A stretch of DNA of 64,000 bases, taken from contig CBCXTV010000001.1 of assembly GCA_965178125.1 (NCBI GenBank), forward strand, positions 186,001 through 250,000. Direction: 5' to 3'. Positions 1 to 8,695 of the stretch are shown here, one piece after another. The stretch's first letter is position 1. Each line of letters opens with the position of its first letter. Source of the stretch: Bilabrum cf. latius (lineage: Eukaryota). A program made the position numbers and the translations under genes. Under the pieces are notes generated by a model that saw only the letters and a program-made list of their open reading frames with translations, was not told the origin of the DNA and ran no database searches.

Positions 1-99
1 GGGCGGATCCTGCGGGAAGTCGTGGAGACTGAGGGCAGAGACTCTCGGGTCGGTCAGGGTCTCATGTAACGTGCTGTTCACCGCAGAGGTATGTGCGGA

Positions 100-353
100 T
101 CTTGGTGGATCTCTCGAGGACATGGGTGGCATACCGTTGTGCATCCGTTCCCCGGGGGGGGCGGTCGCAGAAGAGTGCACACGAAAACAAGAGGAAAGGA
201 GACCAACCCCCCAAACCCACGTAGTGCGATCCTGGGGGGTACCCTATAAGGTACTAAGAATCCTTCTCCCGAAAATCGCACTACCTCGGGCCACAACGTC
301 TTGGTGGATTCCTCGAGGACATGGGTGGCATACCGTTGTGCATCCGTTCCCCG
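100..353 (+). repeat. 55-bp direct repeats (100-154, 299-353) flanking a degenerate copy of the candidate origin hairpin
   Basis: TCTTGGTGGAT..CTCGAGGACATGGGTGGCATACCGTTGTGCATCCGTTCCCCG occurs twice; the enclosed DNA matches 15950-16080, including GTAGTGCGA...TCGCACTAC. Confidence 0.85.
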
Positions 354-3119
354 TCGCTCCCTAACGTCTTCAGTGGCAGGTTCGGAAAAGACACCTCCGT
401 AGGCACGCGACAAGTCCCGGTGAAGCGGGCTCGCACCGCGCTGGGCGGGAGATCGTGAGCGCTTAGAGGACCGGAGCTTTCGGGCGGGTGCGTGTCTCGA
501 CAAACTCCCTCTTGACCACGGGCGGGGAACGTGTAGGGCGGAAGCTAAAGACACCGTAAGTAGCGGAGGGCTAACATTCCGTCCTTCGGTGAGAGCCAAA
601 AGTTCGAGTCTGCGAGAGACTATTATACGAAGTTCTCCCCTCCTCATACGTGCGCATAGCCTCCTCACGCGGTAGCGCGAGCGCGGGACCCGGACCTGTC
701 CCTGATGGGCGTGAATCTGAACCCGGCGTACTCTCCTAGTCTGTCACTTCCACGACCTTGTTGTCGCGGAACCACTTGCACGGAGAGGAACCTGTCGTTC
801 AAGCGGGTGCAGCCGGACGCGCAGGTGTAGTGCATCGCCTTGCATATGTGCACGGCCAAGTAGATGCCGGAACCGTAGAGGTATCACACTTCCCGCGGAG
901 CTTGGGTGGGTCTTTCGCTGCTGTCGTCTGCTCCAGAAGGTTTGCGCCAAAAACCGGAAAACTTCTAAGACAGAGGTGGGATGCCAGGAGCTCACGGTCC
1001 TGCCGGATTGGGGAGGTCCATGCCCACGCGAGCCGGGTACGCGTCCAAATCAACGCACAGAGCGGGAGCTGAGGGCGCCAAGGACGCTCACTGTCAGGCA
1101 CACACAACGCGCACAGAATTCGTCATTTCGCGTTCAAAGCCTGCCAACGACGTGGCGCTTGGCGAAATGTGGTGGGTGGCGAAGATGTGGTACTTCGCCG
1201 TGCCTTTCTCTATGACGGCCAAGCGTGCACTCGCCATCGCGCTCGGACGCCACAGGAAGAGATCCCAGCTCGCAGCTCCGCCGCCTCATCCAGGAGTAAG
1301 GCGAAGTCGAATCGTGAATAGCGCTTCGCACCTTCACAGAGCCGAGGATCACAGATAGGCCCCGCCTCACAGAACCCAGCGCCATAGGGCAGAGCGTGAA
1401 GTACCTGGCCGCTTGGCTTGGCCGGACCCCCGCCCGCCCTCCGCCGGCAGCTCCTCCCGTCCGTCCCTATGGAGGCAGATCCGCGTACCCATGCTGCGGC
1501 GGGATCCTGACACAATCCGCTCCTCTTAGTGTGTGGCCGTGGGGCATGAGTGGAGCAGCATCGGGCCCTCACCAGCCGTGGAACGGAAGCAGCTCTCCGT
1601 GCGGCAGCTGTGCGATGCACAGACCTCGTCCCAAAGATACGGATCCATTTTGCCGTCTTCCCGCGCATACTGCATCGCTCTGCAAAACTGCATTGCGCAG
1701 TGGATCCCCGAGCGTCGACTGCCAATAGCAGGCGGCCTCGCAAGGCCTTCATGGACGCAGGATTTGGGCTTCTTCATCGTAAATTTGGGGTCTGCTCAGC
1801 GCGCGAAAATTCCAACGCTTCAAAATGATCCGGACGTCGCGAGAAGGGAACTCGTTGCTTGCTCACCTGTGCGGAGGGGTTGGATGCCCGATGTGCTAAA
1901 GAGAGGATACTGTCCGTCGGCGTTCTCTCTTCACCTTGTGCGGAAGGGTTGGGTGCCTGATTTCAGACAGAGAAGGTCTCGTCCGTTGGGAGCGCTTAGG
2001 AATACTTCCGGATGGGGCGTCCAGACGCGGTCCAGGACCTCCAGCTCGTCGGGGTCAATGTCGCCCGCGCCGTCCGTGCCTTTGACGCCTCTGGATCGAT
2101 GATGCCCACGATCTTTGTCATCTCGGACGACACACGTCCCAGCTGCTCTTTGGTAGTGCATTACCTCATTGACCCCGAAGCGTTGAATATTTAATGAAGA
2201 CCCTTCGGAAGCTGGCGAAGTTTGTCAGCTTGTCGGAGCGCAGCCTGGGTCCTTGTCAACAAACATGGAGGGTTTCGGGGCGGATTTCCAGCGTTCCGCC
2301 TTGATATCGAGTGCACCTCGAGGTCGGGATCGAAGCGGGGCGGGCGGTTCGTCATCCTCTGTGATACGCTTAGGAGGCGCCGACTTGATGCCCACCTTGT
2401 CCCCCAATCACTCCAGACGTAACTGGGGAACTCTTCCCGTCGTGGGCCGGGTACGCCTCCGAATCCCACGCGAGCCGTTCCCCACGGCGCACCGATAAGC
2501 GCCGCTGCAAGCGTACCAAGAGGGGCGTACCAAGAGGTGCTTCCTTCGCTCGGCAGTGTGGCACTTCAAGCAGTAGAATGTGCCACTCCCAGCACGTAGG
2601 TGGAGTTTGCGAGCTGCCGGCCGACATGCTCGTGTGGTGACCTCCGGCGCACCGATAAGTGCCGCTGCAAGCGCACCAATACTACTTCGCTTGGGAGCGA
2701 GGCACTTTAAGCAATGCAGTGCGCCGGTTTTCGTGCACGCCCAGTCGCGCGGACGCCGCAGGTGGCTTGGCCGTAGGATAGAATTAGTGGCGGGTCGGTT
2801 TTGCATGTCTTCCCTCTCCTCTTGATATGGTACACAAAGGCAAGAGCCTGACGATGCAGACGGAACTCCTGGATTTCACCGCCACATTCCTAGTCAAGAC
2901 AGCCCTCGACTAAACAGACGCCGAGTTATCTTGAGCAGCATCCCACGACGCAGTGATGTGGACGGCAAGGGTGATGCCATGCTTTCCGGGCCTCCCATGT
3001 GACCGCTTTTTGCGTACCGAAACACTTTCCGGGGTCGACGCCCCGGCGGAACACGCCGGCGCGGCGGCAAGCGTCGATGTTGCGGGCGGCCCAGCCATGA
3101 GGTACATGATCAAGTACAC

Positions 3120-4177
3120 GGAAAGCACGCAGAGCGTCGTCAATCCGTTCGTGAGCCGCGAGTTCCAAAAGGTCTTCGAGACATCCGCCCGGAAAGCACG
3201 CAGAGCATCGTCAATCCGTTCGTGAGCCGCGAGTTCCAGAAGGTCTTCGAGCACATCCCCCCGGAAAGCACGCAGAGCATCGTCAATCCGTTCGTGAGCC
3301 GCGAATTCCAGAAGGTCTTCGAGCACATCCCCCCGGAAAGCACGCAGAGCATCGTCAATCCGTTCGTGAGCCGCGAATTCCAAAAGGTCTTCGAGCACAT
3401 CCCCCGGATGATGTCGAGCATGCGGACGCCCTGCTCCGGATGATGTCGGCCATGCGGACGCTCTTCCCAGACCTTGCGCGGCAGCGGGACGAAAATGGAG
3501 CTCTCCCTGCACCGCAAGCACGCCGGAAACCTGGTGCACTTCCACGTGTGCATGACGGACTCCGAGAGGTCGCATCGTTGTCGCGTGGCGGAGGATTTCA
3601 TTTGGGCCGGCAGCAGGCCGAATGTCGTGTACGGCTTTAAGGTACCGAACCGGAGCTCCCGGCAGCAGCGCAGGCGGAGACATCCGCCCGGAAAGCACGC
3701 AGAGCATCGTCAATCCGTTCGTGAGCCGCGAGTTCCAGAAGGTCTTCGAGCACATCCCCCCGGAAAGCACGCAGAGCATCGTCAATCCGTTCGTGAGCCG
3801 CGAATTCCAGAAGGTCTTCGAGCACATCCCCCCGGAAAGCACGCAGAGCATCGTCAATCCGTTCGTGAGCCGCGAATTCCAAAAGGTCTTCGAGCACATC
3901 CCCCGGATGATGTCGAGCATGCGGACGCCCGGCTCCGGATGATGTCGGCCATGCGGACGCTCTTCCCAGACCTTGCGCGGCAGCGGGACGAAAATGGAGC
4001 TCTCCCTGCACCGCAAGCACGCCGGAAACCTGGTGCACTTCCACGTGTGCATGACGGACTCCGAGAGGTCGCATCGTTGTCGCGTGGCGGAGGATTTCAT
4101 TTGGGCCGGCAGCAGGCCGAATGTCGTGTACGGCTTTAAGGTACCGAACCGGAGCTCCCGGCAGCAGCGCAGGCGGC
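3120..4177 (+). repeat. 72-bp tandem repeats (4+3 copies) nested in a 499-bp tandem duplication
   Basis: GGAAAGCACGCAGAGC at 3120, 3191, 3263, 3335, 3690, 3762, 3834; ~3180-3678 repeats at ~3679-4177; unit derived from ORF910 at ~13723-13795. Confidence 0.95.
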
Positions 4178-4852
4178 ATGCTTGGGGCGGCACGTGGATC
4201 TTCGACGACGCCATTACGCTCAGCGATTGCGGGTCGAGGGTGCAGATCGACGCGCCGCAGTCGAAGGTCTTGGCGATGGTAATGCCCCGGAAGTCGGGCC
4301 AGTGGATTCCTCATAGGCTGCGCTCGCGTACGATCTGGTATTTGGGTGGGGAGCAGTCGGCCGTGATCACCAACCTCAAGTGCCAGGCCTGCCCCGGAAG
4401 TCGGGCCAGGGCATTCTCCGAGTCTCTTTGCCGATGATGTCTGAGGAGAAACCGTCCGAGAGCATTGCTGTTTCCTTGGGAGACGGCCGCAATCTTCGTG
4501 GGCGTCAAGGCGCCGGTAATATGGGAAACGAGGGCGGCATGTTGGCGCGCGAGGTCGACGCCCCGGCGGAGGGGGGGGGCCGTACGTGCCGTGACAGGTC
4601 GCGCCGGAGCCGGCGGAGGAGGCGACATGGACTTGCAACGCGTGCCAGGGCCTAAGCCCCGGTCAGAGTACTTCAAGAAGTGGAAGGACTGGATCCAACC
4701 AGTTTGCCGGGTGTGTTACGACAAGTTCGACAGCGCGACGCCGTGGTGGGTGAGGTGCAAGAACTGCAAAAACGAGTTTCCGGCGTACCGATTTCCCCAG
4801 ATCCGCCGGAAGAGGGACGGGCCTCGATCTCGGAAAGGGCGGGAGTCCGTTC

Positions 4853-6175
4853 TTGCATTCGGAATGGGCGGGGAGTTGCTTTTCCTGGGAGCATGTGCGA
4901 GATTCCTTCTCCGCGGGTCCTCTTTCGGCTTCGGCAGTCAGCAGCGCACTCTGCGGGAACGGCATTCTCCGAGTCTCTTTGCCGATGATGTCTGAGGAGA
5001 AACCGTCTGAAAGCATTGCTGTTTCCTTGGGAGACGGCCGCAATCTTCGTGGGCGTCGAGGCGCCGGTGATATGGGAAACGAGGGCGGCATGTTGGCGCG
5101 CGAGGTCGACGCGCCGGCGGAGCACGCCGGCGCGGCGGCAAGCGTCGATGATTCGGGCGGCCCCCACATCGAGAGCGGCGGCGCGGAGGCGGCGTCCACG
5201 GGGATGCTCGGAGAGGAGAGCGGCAAGGCAGCGCCGAAGGAGGACGCCGAAGACGACGGCGGCAAGAAGACGGAGGAGGAGGATGCTCGCGGCGGTGGAC
5301 GTGCTGTGGTGCCCGGAGGTAATGACGACGTATGGACCGACGCAGCAGCTTGGAAGGCGGGTGGCGGCGTGGCAGCCGGGGCGGTCTCTGGCGCTGATAG
5401 CTGGGCTCTATGGGGGACCCCTGCGAAGTCGTCATGGGGGGAGACGTACGTGCCGCGGCAGGTCGCGTCGGAGCCGGCGGAGGAGGCGACATGGACTTGC
5501 AACGCGTGCCAGTGCTGCAAGCCCCGGTCGGCGTACTTCAAGAAGTGGAAGGACTGGATCCAACCAGTTTGCCGGGTGTGTTGCGACAAGTTCGACAACG
5601 CGACGCCGTGGTGGGTGTGGTGCAAGAACTGCAAAAACGAGTATCCGGCGTACCGATTTCCCCAGATCCGCCGGAAGAAGGAGAACTTGCGCTATTTCTT
5701 CCCTGAGGACTGGTGCGCGAAGTGCCTGGTTGCGCGTGGCTGGAGTCTCCATGATGTCCGTTCCTCTGCGGGTGAAGCGAAGCGTTGGGTGCCAAAAGCT
5801 GGCGCGAATACCGGTGACGGCGACAACGACGCTCGTGCTCCCGCACGCGACGAGCTTCCTGCAGGAGGCGCCGCCTCCTGCAGCAACGCCGTGCATCAGA
5901 GTTCTTCGCGTGACGAGGCCTTGGATGACATCAACCGGGCCATGGAGCTTCTCCGGAATGCGGAGAAATTCATCTCCGCGATGCCATCGTGCATGCAGTG
6001 TGCGGTGCAGGACCAGTTGATGCAGGGCATCGTCAAAGACCAGGCCCTCTTGGATATCTTCTCCGGCAAGATAACGGACTGGATCAAATACCATCCGGCC
6101 ACTCTTGGGGCGATCCAATCCTATCGAAACGCATGGCTGTGGGCCGACGGAATGGCTCATGGTTGTCGAGGATGA
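4853..6175 (+). CDS. Chimeric paralog of the Cys-rich zinc-finger protein ORF430, with a C-terminus from ORF354 and ORF910 (expression unknown)
   Basis: Nearly identical to 20983-22275 up to AMELL, then QCAVQDQLMQG (ORF354) and IVKDQALLDIFSGKITDW...RNAWLWA (ORF910) in frame. Confidence 0.5.
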   Translation: MHSEWAGSCFSWEHVRDSFSAGPLSASAVSSALCGNGILRVSLPMMSEEKPSESIAVSLGDGRNLRGRRGAGDMGNEGGMLAREVDAPAEHAGAAASVDDSGGPHIESGGAEAASTGMLGEESGKAAPKEDAEDDGGKKTEEEDARGGGRAVVPGGNDDVWTDAAAWKAGGGVAAGAVSGADSWALWGTPAKSSWGETYVPRQVASEPAEEATWTCNACQCCKPRSAYFKKWKDWIQPVCRVCCDKFDNATPWWVWCKNCKNEYPAYRFPQIRRKKENLRYFFPEDWCAKCLVARGWSLHDVRSSAGEAKRWVPKAGANTGDGDNDARAPARDELPAGGAASCSNAVHQSSSRDEALDDINRAMELLRNAEKFISAMPSCMQCAVQDQLMQGIVKDQALLDIFSGKITDWIKYHPATLGAIQSYRNAWLWADGMAHGCRG

Positions 6176-6658
6176 TATCGAACCTCGCGAAGCATGCGTG
6201 GATCGGCTACTCGTAGTTCTTCACGCCATCGCGAAACCCCAAGGTGACGCAGATGGCCATGTTAGCGGGGTCAGAAGCACCGAGAATGGTCAGCCTCCAG
6301 CGCGGAAACTCACCTCATGCACAACTGCGAGCGCCTCTTGGACGTGCGGACCTATCCGGCGCACTGGGTAGACAACACATTTGTGGTCCCCTTCCACGTG
6401 GGCATGGGCCTAAAGTGGTATCTCATCAGCCCGGAGGGGAGGAAGGCGCTCCTGAAGATGCGGATCCCGAACCGAAGCTTCGAACGCTGCGTCTGGCGCC
6501 GCATCTTCGACACGTTCCAAGGGCCGGTATGTAATGTCCGTCGTGATGTCCGTGTGCGCGGCCCTGAGTTGGGGGGTTGTCTCGTCTGGGAAAAAACAGA
6601 GCGCGTGCCCATCTCCTACGAAGACTTGTGCGGTGTTCACGAGCACGCCGGCGAAACC
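6028..6658 (+). pseudogene. Frameshifted, internally deleted fragment of the GT25-like domain of ORF910 (also at 33222-33852 and 60417-61047)
   Basis: PTEWLMVVEDDIEPRE, HNCERLLDVRTYPAH and VWEKTERVPISYEDL fall in different frames; matches 11888-12409 and 12601-12726. Confidence 0.85.
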
Positions 6659-6834
6659 TCGAGTTTTGGCATCAAGATCGTGTCGCGGCCAGGCTGTACG
6701 ACGGCGGCAAGAAGACGGAGAAGGAGGATGCTCACGGTATCGCCCTGATCATCTGCACGACTTCGTGGGGCTCCATGACGTAACGGCGAGCGAGAACATT
6801 GACTGGTGGCGTGGCTGGAGGATCTCGGGAACAC

Positions 6835-6995
6835 ACGGCGGGCGAGCCGTTTTTCAAAAGGAGCACGGGTCCTTCGGGACGCCATTTCACTTACGGCGGG
6901 CGAGCCGTTTTCCGAATGGTGCGGGGGTCCTACTGATGCACACGGCGATCGCTGGTTCACTCACGGCGGGCGAGCCGTTTTCCGAATGGTGCGGA
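6835..6995 (+). repeat. Three copies of ACGGCGGGCGAGCCGTTTT(CCGAATGGTGCGG), each a small hairpin
   Basis: Motif at ~6835, ~6893 and ~6963; ACGGC...GCCGT is self-complementary. Confidence 0.8.
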
Positions 6996-7514
6996 GTCCT
7001 CCAGATGACCACGGTGATGGGTGGCAGCATGTCATAGGCGCGCCGTCGGAAGCTTCCCCTTCGAGTGATGCCTAAAACTGAGAAACCTGGAGATCCTAGC
7101 ATCGTATGGAGGCAAGAGGTAACACCTTGGGGTCCGTTCTCCGCTTCAATTCCTGTCCCAAATCCGATTCCCATTTCGAGACCGAAAAAGGTGACCCGGA
7201 AAACGACGGTACTTATTTCTGAACCGTTTTCCGGACGCTTTCCGGGTCTCCCATGTGACCGCTTTTTGCGTACCGAAACACGTTCCGCGCGTGAGGAGCA
7301 GATGCGGATCTCCGCGGGGTCCTATTTGTGTCTTTTTTCGGGGACGAAATCGGGCGCACTTCTCGTGCCGATTTGTGGTCGTCTCTGAAACCGGCTGCGA
7401 GTCGGGAAAGGTGCCCGAGATGCTTGTGTCCTTGGCTTCGTATTTCTCCGCATATTCTTCAAACGCGGGCGGCAGTGGCTCCTGCGCGGGAGCTTCCCGA
7501 GTGGGTCCGTCGTG

Positions 7515-7711
7515 CAGTGCGCTGGGTAGGTCCGCAGGTCAAGGAGGCGCTCGCAGTTATAGACGTAGGTGGAGTTTGCGAGCTGCCGGCCGACATGCTC
7601 ATGTGGTGACCGGAGGTCACCACATGAGCATGTCGGCCGGCAGCTCGCAAACCCCACCTGCGTCTATAACTGCGAACGCCTCCTTGACCTGCGGACCTAC
7701 CCAGCGCACTG
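7515..7711. repeat. 97-bp near-perfect inverted repeat with a 3-nt loop
   Basis: Arms 7515-7611 and 7615-7711, loop GGA, 3 non-Watson-Crick positions; the right arm ends in sequence homologous to ORF910 (NCERLLDLRTYPAH). Confidence 0.95.
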
Positions 7712-7791
7712 AGCAGACAACGCATTTGTGGTCCCCCTCCACGTCGGCATGGGCTTGAAGTGGTACCTCAGGAGGATTTCACTTGCGCCGG

Positions 7792-8695
7792 CCCCCAGGA
7801 TTTCGCCAAAAATGGCCGATCCGCACAAGGAATTTAAGTTGCGGCGACACAGCTCGGACCCTGGCTTTTTTTTGGCTGTTTCGGGGCCCCAAGAGGGCTC
7901 CCGGCCCCAAAAAGGGCAAAACGCGAGGTTGTGGTGGAAAAAATGGGCCCCAAGGAGTCTCCAAACGACGCAAAACGCCACGTTGTGGTGGATTTTAGAG
8001 CCCCTAAATCGCCCAAAAAAGACGCAAAACGCCACGTGGTGGTGGATTTTAGAGCCCCTAAATCGCCAAAAAAGACGCAAAACGCCACGTTGTAGTGGAT
8101 TTTAGAGCCCCTAAATCGCCCAAAAAAGACGCAAAACGCCACGTTGTGGTGTTTTTTTTGAGCGTTTTCGGGGGGCTCGGAAGGGGACCCCCCCAGGATT
8201 TGGCCAAAAATGGCCGATCCACACAAGGACTTTAAGTTGCGGCGACACAGTTCGGGCCCCGGTTTGTTTTTGCGGTTTGGGGGCCCCGAGAGGGCTCCCG
8301 GCCCCAAAAAGGGCAAAACGCGAGGTTGTGGTGGAAAAATGGGCCCCAGGCAGCCCCAAACGACGCAAAACGCCACGTTGTGGTGGATTTTAGAGCCCTA
8401 AATCGCCCAAAAAAGACGCAAAACGCCACGTTGTCGTGGATTTTAGAGCCCTAAATCGCCCCAAAGAGACGCAAAACGCCACGTTGTAGTGGATTTTAGA
8501 GCCCCTAAACCGCCCTAAAAAGACGCCAAACGCCACGTTGTGGTGTTTTTTTTGAGCGTTTTGGGGGGCCCGGAAGGGGACCCCCCCAGGATTTGGCCCA
8601 AAATGGCCGATCCACACAAGGAATTTAAGTTGCGGCGACACAGTTCGGGCCCCGGGGTTTGTTTTGCTGTTTGGGGGCCCCAAGAGGGCTCCCGG
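7792..8695. repeat. Satellite: 53-54-bp monomers inside a ~395-bp higher-order repeat
   Basis: GACGCAAAACGCCACGTTGTGGTGGATTTTAGAGCCCCTAAATCGCCCAAAAAA at 7967, 8021, 8074, 8128 and again from ~8362; CCCCCAGGATTT..CCAAAAATGGCCGATCC at ~7792, ~8190, ~8583. Confidence 0.93.

Larger units (their letters stand above)
100..7770 (+). other. Scrambled patchwork of fragments of the cassette's own genes and origin, copy 1
   Basis: Segments match Rep (1815-1856, 3459-3636, 6732-6773), ORF910 (3095-3405, 6028-6658, 7615-7770), ORF430 region (2980-3079, 4411-5970, 7214-7470), ORF354 (4139-4410, 5994-6029), ORF275 end (1255-1405) and origin (154-290). Confidence 0.9.

Noticed and set aside
2484-2679. Short direct repeats (CGGCGCACCGATAAG.GCCGCTGCAAGCG.ACCAA twice; also the pair at 1863-1962) as target-site duplications
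   Set aside because: No identifiable element lies between them; best explained as local template-switch duplications within the patchwork
3120-3905. CRISPR array
   Set aside because: Repeats are contiguous 72-mers without unique spacers, derive from ORF910, and no cas genes are present
2910-5634. Long minus-strand ORFs (434, 333, 323 aa) and similar antisense or alternate-frame ORFs elsewhere
   Set aside because: Shadows of GC-rich plus-strand coding fragments and in-frame 72-bp repeats; R/P/A/S-rich with no motifs
7960-8560. CRISPR or telomere array
   Set aside because: No variable spacers; only one CCCTAAA per monomer rather than tandem telomeric repeats
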